IMG/VR virus record: IMGVR_UViG_3300025098_000019
Span: 1-64,000 of that record
Strand: one strand, 5' to 3'
From: a virus
DNA: 64,000 nt
Shown here: positions 42,801 through 49,397 of the stretch, one piece after another
How the letters are laid out: each line of letters starts with the position of its first letter
How positions within the stretch are numbered: the first letter of the stretch is position 1
Translations under genes and position numbers: made by a program
The notes under the pieces: generated by a model
Database searches by the model: none
What the model was told of the DNA's origin: nothing
The model's input: only the letters and a program-made list of their open reading frames with translations

Positions 42801-43076
42801 ATTGTCGGTAATAACTGTAGATGATTCAAATTGTCTGTTTTGTCGCTGGGTGCTTACATCTTCAATATAAGTATCGCTGGCCCTATAAGCCTTTGCAGTT
42901 GTTCTTCCAACATACCCCGAAACCTTTTCTGCTGTTCCTGGTTGAAATAATTGATCAATTGTACTTGATAATATTTTTTCGTTAGTGTCAGTTCTAAAAT
43001 ACTTAGGTAAAAGGTCTACGCTTTTTCTTTTTGAATTGTCACCTGTTGGTAGAGCTGCGTCTTCTTTATTTGCCAT
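27828..43076 (-). CDS. Giant (5082-aa) baseplate wedge-type structural protein (gp7-like position)
   Basis: Uninterrupted ORF directly after gp6. N-terminal LLPKYFRT and VKPY wedge motifs, FG-GAP-like propeller repeats, CBM-like W..Y..V.Y modules, G.GY...P.I fibre-type repeats. Confidence 0.8.
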   Translation of the reverse strand: MANKEDAALPTGDNSKRKSVDLLPKYFRTDTNEKILSSTIDQLFQPGTAEKVSGYVGRTTAKAYRASDTYIEDVSTQRQNRQFESSTVITDNLNNVNFYGDYSDYVNQIKNLNGDISNQSLLSGQEFYAWNPNIDWDKFVNFRDYYWMPNGPQTVNVFGRNDTEQSEYTVTTEVQDDNTVYKFDPPAFDANPTLTLYKGQTYRFKIRCKGHPISFTTNRKFNDADFKLSQDSDGNYVVVTPSNGEIKSTNIRTSKNSLRVPGTYEITDYVSTENGKFAKFEVIISADGVVSSVSVIEGGENFTSGEVITFFDADLGDGGAPNVRVEVTSTYNNATNVSNRYVDGIKAYDVNNNEILPINVEEGTIEFTVPFNSPENLYYVSSTNINTSGYIKVFDIVENTSIDINDILEKRYYKSANGVELTNGLKVSFLGNVTPSEYANSEYYVEGVGDSIKLIDERNLVIPAAYTGDVFVPFDSEPFDRRPFGNASAYAGTKDYIIINRASLDRNAWTRYNRWFHKDVIEKSAFYNNQQPVVDLSERASRPIIEFEAGLKLFGYGINSKHDVDLIDTVTTDIFSTIEGATGYSIDGVPLSNGMRILVTTDTDVRANNKIYEVNFIKFDNNNIISLVEAKDTNPMLDETVLIKNGSNSGLIYYFNGTNWHLAQDKTQTNQQPLFDLFDHDGSSFSDVIQYPDSTFRGTKIFSYKVSEVEANDKELGFGLSYKNIENLGDILFEFPLITETVQYNLDNEILTYNLEAGFLKKFNSPTEFTYQNGWTKANKNSEQAAILQYIAEGVDNESFNVSVFKNIHESIAVFVNNDITTDYSINKDRELTFEKTLNVDDNIVIKLYSSEAIINGNAYYEMASNFERNPLNENPKEFTLGEVLDHVNTIQENLIDLEQHPLRDYGDIDQYGRRFLKHSGPINLPLFHIVDKDANIVKALRYSKNEYAKFKRQFIQTASTLGFDGPVKVHVDKVLQKINSEKSEGMPFYFSDMLAYKADNRISYKVLPSSSKFFALSEYFNLDALSAKAVLVYVNGIQLTHEKEYVFTDEGFVNIKVELNNGDEIDLYEYETTDGCFIPATPTKLGLYPAYHPKKYTDTTTAINREVIQGHDGSIVVAYGDYRDDLILDFEKRIFNNIKQKYNTDILDINEFVSGTNRDTGFTRQQINSAMSADFVEWNDIAGGLDYSNIDFWSQTNKFTFNFSAMSSPQDQSLPGFWRGVYKEAFDTDRPHTHPWEMLGLTIEPQWWSEVYGPAPYTNSNFVMWEDLQQGIIRDPNAQTIVNSKYVRPGLLNHLPVDAEGNLVDPLTSDYAKNYVQIKTRSQFTFGDHSPIETAWRQSSEYPFALITSWMLNQPAKLMGLGYDISRIKRNLVGHLVYTESNTPIRTTDLVFPNTYNDNTRVLSSGLVNYIYNFLATNIDVTWKKYTQSIASIDNKLAIKVGGFTEKEKFKLILDSRTPLNEGNVFVPEENYQIILNKSAPIDTAVLSGIIVEKRPNGWSIAGYDKQKASFDFYEASAKSTDPVINIGGISEEFVIWNESKQYVKSANVRYDGFYYRCISSHVSGSTFDQDKFAKLSSLPTVGGRDAILRRNFTNVVKNYPYGTTLRTVQELVDFILGYERYLMDQGFVFDYFNKETGVIEDWTYSVKELMFWTTQNWSAGSVLTLSPGAQQFKFYKEYAVVDDIFDKFYNYSLVKADGKLLERNFTSIARDSENQFGLEVKNSEDGIYGVRLPLVQIEHVILLDNETVFNDVIFDRPAGYRQERIKVIGYRSDEWTGGLNIPGFIYDEAIVTEWEQWQDYDVGALVKYKEFYYVAKIDLKGVENFVPQDWERLDKRPTPRLLPNFDYRSIQFADFYDLDSDNFDVEQQKHAQHLIGYQKRQYLSNIINDDVSQYKFYQGFIQDKGTPNALTKLFDALGSDDTDSLEFYEEWALRVGQYGAVDSYEEVEYIIDENEFRVQPQTVELVNSKAINDVDLSIKILPYQVNSKPLDYNHKPFPTVKDYYKEIIDSGYVNEDDITYTVADVKDMLTADVNRISSDEYIWVTGKNEDWDILQHVVSGDKVIGIQGFAEEADGEFINATPLATITIKKAAHFLPGDIIGVRNLGRGNDGFYEIKAVRNNQLDVRTGITQTVQDIETGEGNGYLTRLRSVRSSNIQTANSIIEKDLSHNQKLWIDGTDNQWSVLQKKESFLDFNEYYTQDTESSIDNSYGNDIAASNENLNVAIANSKSNNGVVEVWQRPTYKSEFKLLDILKPDTDVAPMNDRQAFGESIALSPDGKLLVVGSPSASNISETFQGEWNANTNYSQLDMVSYQENFWRAVRNVPAAEVTLEYSTFDSYAFTEIAATNAGLSYINDITLLLQGQPYFANKTVDHILIRAPFDQYRASKVTDNIVLKWNKYTNLNRQIAEGEAIEVWPNGLNDLNDGVNVIPNSDFIDNGFSNNGKHEILEKIDYVLYLTAFNNPPSVGDTVITNEGAGTVASVFIEQDKLLLYIKDTNGVLIETDELRNGREDVIGQYTQPSFKPLSHLGGFWKVQTAEYINANEFSALTDFGTPAYGLVYQDLITSEDPREPNYYINSLDTVYPTNTDKYLAYISVLSHTGIEYNTSATNFFDTRWIVRLPKEIEAQTTVGTNVRLYIDKQNPSYDFSLVGLQDPGLIEQINSQTHEVQDMWDGWIDFIQIDRQPVGVDTDGDGQFQDFFEPIPGDIIEDAFTGATAEVAYYLNRDVNKARVYIKNKSANKIFSSGNSIVLNTLENGSPNQRRMGEIQNVSTFNSITGKLVVLNHPSGSNFPINPNSYGGLTQFSSLDVFAYANKEYWIYQETLTEEGRDLPASIPSILNNDWVIVYNAPVNNTGTINSIANQGVYTIYKRFDSQWSYVDTYSIPGSATGGVGQRVGQKVAIAQTNELYRIFVGSKDKVYLLKHGTDDDGVTYEYALDKDKRYRGAWSVTASYLINEIVVDNYQLYQARTFSTGSPTTSNKWQPLNNRINYLSHVPNDHPLYSNGSDPDALFDDLGETVIDFTKDLAVSKNGEVIAVSAETDTSVDEDNKILIYRLQDTRYVFHQEIVAPTSNTNWGSSIDLSTTGHVLVVGEPGNDEDGFDTGKAYIYTLDTAPHFTLKQTISGPGTELADQFGYAVSITDEYIGVSSFNGNIKVETRFDRYQDPISLNSYVLDEDSNERTPTTFDDGFTSFLSDHVNSGSVTLYQDIDGHWLQAEQLEYVGNSNVDGGSRFARSLLLNQNNVYIGLPTNPTVGPEATNPGSFLDYVMEKGTHAWTVLRNPVDVVDVKKIKHAFLYNVKTNQLVTYLDFVDPVQGKILGEVDQEISWKSYIDLARYNATNLPEFFSETNNWENKYVGQLWWDLSTARFKDAYHGDSITQANNWNTLVQDYSIDIYEWVESDLIPSEWDSISSSATGLERGISGLSKYGDDAYSVKLVYDKETSAFNEKYYFWVKDKFTLPTRENRSKTALDVSRLIADPRGQGYRYVTLLSNNKFALFNCESLISDKDIALNIGYYTSDSELKNIHFEYQILSEGLETSVPKADLERKWIHSLVGYDDRGREVPDMTLPQKQKYGTLFKPRQSWFVNRAEALKEVIERANIVLQENIVVDDFDLSILSRKEDVPLVTSRLYDRIVDTELDLQFLGTAKVETAILTPVIAENGTVRRVAIQNSGRGYNDLTFDPLTSANRAGPDYEVIGSGTGLELDIIINNLGQITKVNIINHGKNYDADTLIIVRPLSVLVQSDSTIDGRWAIYNYDNTDTVVPWKRKQVQSYDTSAYWDYANWYAEGYNQFTQIDFLVEESYQLYGLDDDINDIIKIKNIGSAGWLLLKKIGNSGNRDYTFDYETIGRENGTIQFSKKLYSKNTNFVGYDNYPFDGNFYDTEPVQETRDILTALKDNIFVDNLAVHYNKLFFASVRYVLSEQLNVDWVFKTSFVKAKHNVGELEQKITYQNDSLPSYNDYINEVKPYSTSVREYLSAYQKVDNTNTLVSDFDVPPYYNEDSKSIVPARVTVIDDELTVYDDRFDEYPDKNWKDNVGFKLTAVNIFDAGEGYTSTPTITFVGGGGTGAKARAYIGAGKIRSVEVVDPGTGYLSAPRIIVAGSIANGGREGSLNAVIGDTVVRSMHVDVKFDRVSGDYFVVDLPETQQFTGTGAKTKFDLKWPMDLRNNKIQVFVDDEKSLRNDYTYLNVDNTDISYTRQLGQIVFAKPPALDAVIRVEYFKDPAMLSAQDRIKHRYFPTEGMPGVDLGQLMSGVDYGGVEVRSFDFDGPAGWDTDEWYTSTWDTYDNTYEDQLFVADGSTTVIELDTPLENGIVYNIYKNGIRIDDADYPANPSNPNAVMPSLTGNGSQVLINLADYEVDGMPGDRFIVRKVSSDGSFLPDAASYDTQLIGGDFIGNASGVKAEDIVIDGDLFVTSNNSGGPEELVPGQVLDTVDLTVYERIGSGNGQIYNQTFITNEGDSTFNIGVTPSSDDAVIVKVNDEIINSSEYTLDYINLTITFNEAFVANNRLNIITVGVSGKDIISIDQLITDGTSIVYETAIPWTDILQIYTRYNGAVTKELEVISRESDNGFVEFLFNPNIPSAGNVLDYEIYSNREEQNYSRVVRDSYVASTLQKEFTLSQTPIYKDPQSFFTVVIIDNVVQRPGYQKVYIVEDDTLLNYSLETFQVPYSSIDITDVFVYLNGNKLTRNESFTVATGSSSINFLAGLLNEGDKIEIFLENGSYTIEGNQLVVEQDLYAGTKVQVMQFSNHDIIEIHRTSYDIEIPLTLVPGDETDRYNNLTAGKVLLNAPAIDAQYVWIAVSGQLLTPNVDYKLVTPLLIQLNNTLEKGQDIDIIHFAAPASTPTIAWKQFKDILNRTHYKRFDTAEGIYLTEPLQSNDLRVYVNSTVGLQNPNKKLNQPGVLWINKERIEYFAISGNTLRQLRRSTHGTGAGDIYDVGTPVYAMGINKNMPYRDEIVTTNYVAADQQKQFVLDFTPTRGVDEFEVFAAGKRLRKTEIKSFDPTVALDSPAGDITIPPEFTVVNSVLVLTTPLDEGQKIAVVRKIGKLWSETGTPLKDAENDIGRFLRKSISELPK

Positions 43077-43090
43077 TACTAAATAATTCC

Positions 43091-46000
43091 TTAACTACTC
43101 TGCAAACCAATGTTTTGCGTGTTTGTTGCTGTAACTACAGTGCCGGTTGACGACAAACGACTTGCTGTAACTTCAGTTATAATATCAATCTCTGCAACTG
43201 ATGCAGAATTAATGAAAATTTCATCTGATTCTGAACGTATCTCAAACAAGCTACCAAATGATTGTGTTACTTGTTTTGGAACAATAACAAAAGTTACTAG
43301 GTCCGGTGACAGTCTGTTCATTACATATGTTGCTAGTTCTTGGAAATAAAACGTATCTCCAAAGTCCCAATTTTCTAGCGAAAAGTATTGATTTATTGCT
43401 TCAATAGTACGAGTTTTAAGATCACTGTCATTAATAACTTGATCAGGATTTTTAACTATTTTAAATACTGCTTGTAAATCACTTGTTGCTTCTGAGCCAA
43501 ATAATGGCTTGTATTTTACAGGATGATAAATTACTTCATCACTGATAGATTTTATTTTATTAAGTGACGATCCGTAACTTCTAAATAACTCATCAGGTGA
43601 CGGCGGAAGCGGTGCTGTTGGAAGCTGGCCGTCTAAGTACAATCTATAACTTCTATCATAATTTTTAGTTAACATAAACACATCAATTAAGTTACTAGCA
43701 CTAGGATCAATCCTAGCATTATAGTCTGCAACATGTACATAATGGAATTTTAAATTTGCACGACCATTAAATGCTCTATATCCTGCAACAGGTTCTTTTT
43801 TTGGAATACTAGCATTAACTACTCTAAAAAAGTCGCCTTCTTTAAAATACAATATTGTTCCGTCAGTATAAGAACTTATTGGCTGTTCTAAGTTATTGCT
43901 GTCTATTACTTCAATGTTGTTTGCAGCATAATCGATATATCTATAATCTTCTGTTCCTGCTTCTGTTCTGTATTTTTCTAAAATTACAGTTTGGTCAGTG
44001 CTAACTAATTCTGTAAATATCTGTGGATCGTCAATTACTCCATCTTCGTCTGCATCTTTAAATGTAACTTCAATTTTAGTACTGTCAACGTATCCTTCAG
44101 CATCTCTATATTCTTGCATTACTTCCCATGAATAATCTTGGGTGTATGCTTGTGTTGAATTGGGCTGTGTGTTAATGCTTAAAACTGATATTTTATCTTT
44201 AAGTACTTGTCCAGTTTTTGAATCATAAATTTTATCGCTGCTGTCATAATAGAATCTAATTTCTTCATCGCTTTCAAAAACGTAGCGCAATCCTCTATAA
44301 GTTATAGTATATGTTTCACCGTTAGTTTCAAACAAAATTAACCAACTAGAATCAATATTTGAATTTGTCTTATCACCAGCAAATGAGTTACTAAAGTTAT
44401 TAATTTTATTTAAATTAGTTGCCTTAATAACACGCCATGTTTGTGTGTTAATATCATATCGTAAACCAAAATCATTATACGCAAAAATTTGATCAATCAT
44501 TTCAATCTTAACGTCATCTAATAAACTATTAGCAAGACGTGGTTTAATTTCTACTAAGTTAGATCCTTCTGGAATTTTATCAGCAAGTGCAATTGGTCCT
44601 GTTGTAGTTGACAAATTAGTTGTTAAACCGTTTCCTGCAACTGCAAGAACCTTTGTCCATATGTATTGTTTAACTCCATAATTGCTAGAGTTGTTTACAT
44701 CAATTAATTCATTGTTAGAAGTAAATGCATAGCCTGCTGGCGGTTGGAATTTTACAGAAGTGCCTGCTTCAACATATCGCAATGTATTAGATGTAAACGT
44801 GCCTACATTAAATCCTTGCTGATCAGAATCTTCAAAAAATCCTGTATATGTATTAGTATGATTGCTAACTGACTTCCATTTAACCCCTAAATCTAAAGTT
44901 AAAATCTTAGAAAACTTATCTAAGTAAAAATGCTTTATACGTCTATTATCTAAAATAGGCTCTAGGTTATTAATTATAACGCCTTCGATATCAGTTTGTG
45001 TTTGGAATGTAAAACTTGTTTTGTCTGTTGTATATTCTTTATATATTATGCCATCATTGCCGTATAAATTAGTACTAGAATACTTTCCTGTTGAGTCAAT
45101 CAAATCAAAGTATCTTGATATACCGCTTGATATTCTGTTTACACTCTTAACTTTAATAATGTCTTGACTAACTCCTAATGGAGCAACATTATAATCTTCT
45201 CCAGTAATCATTCTATTCTGTGTATAGTATGTTGCAGGAGCATTTTGCTTAATGCTTAGATTTGATTCACTTGCTGCACTATTAGATACAGAATATTGTA
45301 AAGACATTGTTAATGTAAGTTCTTGTACTTTACCTGTTTTACTCAAATACGGTATGTTTATAGAGATATTTGTTAATGCAGCTGGAGAAATAACCATTCC
45401 TCTATTTTCACTTACTCTATAATAAGTACGGAATGTACCTTTTGGTAAACTTCCAAAAACACCATCTGAAAATATAAGATTAATTCTATCATCAATTCTT
45501 GTTAAAACACTGTAAATGTCTCTGATCTTCTTATTAAGACTGTTGTATATAACGTTGTTGCCTTCAACTGCGTCTACCTTTGTCCAAGAATCCACTTCAT
45601 TATTATTAGAATCTAATTTGTAAAGCCAAACATCTGAGTCGTTAATGTTAGTAGCATCAATTGCTACAGTTTGATTAGGAACAGGTTGTGTAATTGAGAA
45701 CTGACCGTTTTCTAAACGCCCTTGTCTAAAGTGTGCAAAGAAACCGGAGTTAGAACTGCCAGCACCTTGTGCATCATCTCTATATAAAAACGCAAAGTTG
45801 TTTCCAGGAATTGGTGGTTCTTCTTGTATGTTGCCATCGTCTATATCTGTTGACACAATTTCAAAACCAGTACTTTTACCTTCAACTGGCTTTTCAAAAC
45901 TAAACACAGGAACATCTGTGTTAACACCGTTAACTCTATATTGTTCTGTTGCTACTCCGCCTACCATTTCTTTTTTGTTTGGTCGACCAAACACACCGTT

Positions 46001-46498
46001 AACTGGAAGTGCTGTGTTTAATACCTTAACAAACTGTTCATACCAATTAGTATTAGTGCTGTCGTTCCATAATATAGTTTGACCTTGCAAGTTTCTACCA
46101 TTTGAATCAATAACGTCTTCAGTTGTACTAACACTAGTGATTTTTAGTAAGCCGTTTGCTGCTTGATTTCTACGAGGATTATAATTAAGTAAACGTGCTA
46201 AACGGAGAACACTTTCTCTACGCTCTGCAAGTTCTAAAAAGTTTTCTCTAGCATTTAGGTCAATACGGAAAGCAAGGTTTTGACCTAAGAAAGCAATCAA
46301 GTCAATTAGTGCTAGATATTCGCTTGATTCTATATAGTCGTTAAAATCCTCAGGATAATTAGTCCTAAGGTAGTTGATCATTGTTCGACGTAAATTGTCA
46401 AAGTCGTATGATTGAAAATCTGCGTTGCGGAAGGTTTGGTATACACGCTTCCAATCTTCTGCAACTAGTAATCTATTCTGTCTATCTGTCGCTGACAT
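43091..46498 (-). CDS. gp6: Baseplate wedge subunit (T4 gp6-like)
   Basis: YDFDNLRRTMINYL, LIDLIAF, ENFLELAERRESVLRLARLLNY.P, IFSDGVFG..P, ES..SIKQNAP..Y.TQNRMIT.EDY. Confidence 0.88.
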   Translation of the reverse strand: MSATDRQNRLLVAEDWKRVYQTFRNADFQSYDFDNLRRTMINYLRTNYPEDFNDYIESSEYLALIDLIAFLGQNLAFRIDLNARENFLELAERRESVLRLARLLNYNPRRNQAANGLLKITSVSTTEDVIDSNGRNLQGQTILWNDSTNTNWYEQFVKVLNTALPVNGVFGRPNKKEMVGGVATEQYRVNGVNTDVPVFSFEKPVEGKSTGFEIVSTDIDDGNIQEEPPIPGNNFAFLYRDDAQGAGSSNSGFFAHFRQGRLENGQFSITQPVPNQTVAIDATNINDSDVWLYKLDSNNNEVDSWTKVDAVEGNNVIYNSLNKKIRDIYSVLTRIDDRINLIFSDGVFGSLPKGTFRTYYRVSENRGMVISPAALTNISINIPYLSKTGKVQELTLTMSLQYSVSNSAASESNLSIKQNAPATYYTQNRMITGEDYNVAPLGVSQDIIKVKSVNRISSGISRYFDLIDSTGKYSSTNLYGNDGIIYKEYTTDKTSFTFQTQTDIEGVIINNLEPILDNRRIKHFYLDKFSKILTLDLGVKWKSVSNHTNTYTGFFEDSDQQGFNVGTFTSNTLRYVEAGTSVKFQPPAGYAFTSNNELIDVNNSSNYGVKQYIWTKVLAVAGNGLTTNLSTTTGPIALADKIPEGSNLVEIKPRLANSLLDDVKIEMIDQIFAYNDFGLRYDINTQTWRVIKATNLNKINNFSNSFAGDKTNSNIDSSWLILFETNGETYTITYRGLRYVFESDEEIRFYYDSSDKIYDSKTGQVLKDKISVLSINTQPNSTQAYTQDYSWEVMQEYRDAEGYVDSTKIEVTFKDADEDGVIDDPQIFTELVSTDQTVILEKYRTEAGTEDYRYIDYAANNIEVIDSNNLEQPISSYTDGTILYFKEGDFFRVVNASIPKKEPVAGYRAFNGRANLKFHYVHVADYNARIDPSASNLIDVFMLTKNYDRSYRLYLDGQLPTAPLPPSPDELFRSYGSSLNKIKSISDEVIYHPVKYKPLFGSEATSDLQAVFKIVKNPDQVINDSDLKTRTIEAINQYFSLENWDFGDTFYFQELATYVMNRLSPDLVTFVIVPKQVTQSFGSLFEIRSESDEIFINSASVAEIDIITEVTASRLSSTGTVVTATNTQNIGLQSS

Positions 46499-46518
46499 GT
46501 GCTTTCCTCGTTATAATG

Positions 46519-46526
46519 TATTTATT
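46519..46526 (-). promoter_or_regulatory. T4-type late promoter (AATAAATA)
   Basis: ATAAATA upstream of the GAGG RBS of gp6. Confidence 0.6.
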
Positions 46527-46550
46527 CAATTTAAAATATGCGTATATAAC

Positions 46551-46997
46551 TTAGGAAAGTAATCCGTTGTCTTGATCAAACTGTAACCGCATAGTTTCAG
46601 CTATACTGTAATTTAAGTAAACTAACACACATTCTATTTGTAAACCGCTTTCGTATTCTTCTACTATTACTTGATCAGCTTGTACTCTTGGATCGTAATT
46701 AATAATATCTTCTACATTTTCAACAATAGCAGCTTTAAGATTCTCAGTTAACGGATCAAATAAAACGTCCCAAATAATTGTTCCAAATTCAGGTTGTTCT
46801 AATTTTTCACCTTGCCGTATGTGAAAATGATTTATTATGTCTTGTTTGATAACTGCAAGATCATATAATTTGTTACCAATATTTTCGTTGCTAACTGAAC
46901 TAATCGATCTGTACGTAGCAGACGATGATGGTTTTTGCTGACTTTGTGGTACATCAACAATTACCCGTTTATATAAGTTTTTTTCTAAAGTGCTCAT
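46551..46997 (-). CDS. gp25: Baseplate wedge / sheath initiator (gp25-like)
   Basis: IKQDIINHFHIRQGEK...PEFGT.IWDVLFDP...I..YDPRV. Confidence 0.88.
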   Translation of the reverse strand: MSTLEKNLYKRVIVDVPQSQQKPSSSATYRSISSVSNENIGNKLYDLAVIKQDIINHFHIRQGEKLEQPEFGTIIWDVLFDPLTENLKAAIVENVEDIINYDPRVQADQVIVEEYESGLQIECVLVYLNYSIAETMRLQFDQDNGLLS

Positions 46998-47001
46998 AAC
47001 G

Positions 47002-47009
47002 TATTTATG
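47002..47009 (-). promoter_or_regulatory. T4-type late promoter (CATAAATA), near-leaderless
   Basis: ATAAATA only 4 nt before the gp25 ATG; no RBS. Confidence 0.6.
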
Positions 47010-49397
47010 TTAAACAATTTGTCCAGTTTGTTTAGCATTCCTTAATGCTGCTACTAATTCTTCAGTAGATATTAATGACTTATTCAGCCCATCGCCTGAG
47101 TAATAACTTTCTCCAGGATTTACAATTCGCTGTGATCCTTGTGTTTTATTAATTACAGGCATACTTGCCCATTCTTGAGCAATACTTTTTGCCATTGCTG
47201 CTTCTGACTTTGTACCTTTAATAAAATCGTTAATTTTTCTTCTACTTAATAATTCCTTGGCTGCTCTATCTTGGGCATCTTGATTAAATAATTCATCTTC
47301 GGATATTGCTACTCCAATAAGGCTTTTAAGTGTCTTTCTAATAAACTGATATCTTCCAACAGCAGAGCTTGCTGAGCCAGCTGCAACACTGTCATCTTGC
47401 CACTGTTGAACTTCTGCTACTGTCATCTGTATAAGCGGCTTAGGTGTTGATATTTTAGATCCACTGTAAATAGTATTATACCCAGAACTTTCTGCATTTC
47501 CGATAACATCTAGTAAGTTTCCAAACGCTCCAACAGCAGAATAGTTTGCTGGAGGGAAGTTGTTTGGACTAGATGTTACTTGTGATGTTCCGCTTCTAGC
47601 TGTAGTTGTTGCAGTACCTGTCGCAGATCCGCCTGTTCCGCTAAAGTTAGCTGTGTTTAGACTTTTTCTAAAAGTATCAACTGCATTTATAAGGGAACCT
47701 GATTGTGTTGAATTGGTATTTAATACATCAGTTTGGATTGGCTTAAATGCCATTGGATTTAAGTTTTCATGATGTGGCCAAGGTTCGTGGCTTGGCATAC
47801 GTTTTACTATTGACGAAACATCAGATGCTACAGTTGTTCCAGGAGTTACTTTTGGAACAGCATGTGTGTTTAACGGTACAACTGGTGTTGCATCCTCTGC
47901 GTCTGTTGATGCTGTAGCAGGAGTAACGTCTCCGCTATTCATATTAATGTTTACACCTTGCTGTTCTATATTCGCCGAGGCTTTAATATTAACGGCGCCT
48001 TCTGATGCAGAAAGATACGTATTTTTACCACTAGCATGTAGATTGGCATCTGTGTTTACATGTAAATCATCCACTGCTTTAATATGTCCTTGTACATCTG
48101 CTAATATGTATAAATTTGCATTTGTATGATGATGAATATCGCCTTCAACTAAAGTTTTTTGGTATCCAGTAACTTTAGTTTCTTGATATCCTGCAACTTC
48201 AGTTTTCATATTTTGTTCAACAAGTATATTAGTATCGTATTTGCTTTCTATTTGTACATTGCCGCTTGTTCCGCCTTCGGCAGATCCGTTAGTTGCTCTT
48301 GCACTTGCACGAATATTAACATTTCGGCCGCCTTCAATATTAACATCTCTATCAGCACTTAAATTAATATCTGCATCGCTATGTATACTAATACTATCTG
48401 ATCCGTAAATATCTATTTTACCATCACTGGTTAATTCTACCCATGCTGTGCCACGAGAATTACCAATATAAACAAAGTCTTCTGTGTTGTGCATTACAAT
48501 TTGATGGCCTGTTCGTGTTCTAAAACGTACTAGCTCATTGTGAAGTAATGTTCTATCGCCGTTTTTTTCGCCGGCTTCAACATTTACATAATCTGGAGGT
48601 CCTTCACTAGCATGTGTTTTTCGTATTAGTGTATTATCTCCGTCATCCATTACAAAACTTGAACCTCCAAGTCTGTTAACAAATACACTTTGCGACCCAG
48701 GTCCAGCTGCTAAACCTCTTAGTGAAAAATCACGTTTATCTACTGGTCCAGGAGTGCTTATTCCAAAAACACTGCTAGGTACTTCTCGCCTAGCACTTGT
48801 CGAAGTTGTTCCTCTATTATCGTCGTTTAAAAGACCTTGGACTTCTAATACTTGTGTAAAATCTTTATTGTATGGTTTTGGAAATTTAGTTGGATCTCTT
48901 GCTTCGCCTTTTTCGATGTACTTGTTATATTCACCAACAGGAAGTTTTTGTCCTTTTATATTATTCGGTGTTCCGTCGGTTGTAATTGTTGTACTGGCTT
49001 TACCGTCAGGCACCATAAAATTCATATGTTTATCTTGTATACAACCTATCCAATAACCTTGTGATACATCGCCTTCAGCAAAAATTACTAATACTCTTGC
49101 GCCTGGATCTGGCGGAACTGCCCAAAACCCATAGCTTTTTTGAGAACTTGCATAACCGTCATTTGGTGTTGTATGGTTAGGATTTGTTACTCCATAAAAT
49201 GGGCTGAGGTATTTTACTATAACACTAGTACCTATTTTATTAGGTATTGAACCTGAGCTGCCTCCTTTGAGTATATCTACTTTTAAACTTCCCATATAAT
49301 GAGGGTCAAGGTTACTAACCACAACTGCTTCATATGGTCCAGGTCCTATTGATTTTTCTAATTTTTCTCTATTAGTTCTTTTACTTTCGCCGGACAT
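47010..49397 (-). CDS. gp5: Baseplate central spike (gp5/VgrG-like) with C-terminal lysozyme-like domain
   Basis: OB-fold (DP...G.LKV, YGFWAVPPDPG..VLV.F.EG), RTRTGHQI, beta-helix repeats, PSHEPWPHHE; C-terminal AESSGYN...SSAVGRYQFI...QD...QEWASMP muramidase. Confidence 0.85.
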   Translation of the reverse strand: MSGESKRTNREKLEKSIGPGPYEAVVVSNLDPHYMGSLKVDILKGGSSGSIPNKIGTSVIVKYLSPFYGVTNPNHTTPNDGYASSQKSYGFWAVPPDPGARVLVIFAEGDVSQGYWIGCIQDKHMNFMVPDGKASTTITTDGTPNNIKGQKLPVGEYNKYIEKGEARDPTKFPKPYNKDFTQVLEVQGLLNDDNRGTTSTSARREVPSSVFGISTPGPVDKRDFSLRGLAAGPGSQSVFVNRLGGSSFVMDDGDNTLIRKTHASEGPPDYVNVEAGEKNGDRTLLHNELVRFRTRTGHQIVMHNTEDFVYIGNSRGTAWVELTSDGKIDIYGSDSISIHSDADINLSADRDVNIEGGRNVNIRASARATNGSAEGGTSGNVQIESKYDTNILVEQNMKTEVAGYQETKVTGYQKTLVEGDIHHHTNANLYILADVQGHIKAVDDLHVNTDANLHASGKNTYLSASEGAVNIKASANIEQQGVNINMNSGDVTPATASTDAEDATPVVPLNTHAVPKVTPGTTVASDVSSIVKRMPSHEPWPHHENLNPMAFKPIQTDVLNTNSTQSGSLINAVDTFRKSLNTANFSGTGGSATGTATTTARSGTSQVTSSPNNFPPANYSAVGAFGNLLDVIGNAESSGYNTIYSGSKISTPKPLIQMTVAEVQQWQDDSVAAGSASSAVGRYQFIRKTLKSLIGVAISEDELFNQDAQDRAAKELLSRRKINDFIKGTKSEAAMAKSIAQEWASMPVINKTQGSQRIVNPGESYYSGDGLNKSLISTEELVAALRNAKQTGQIV

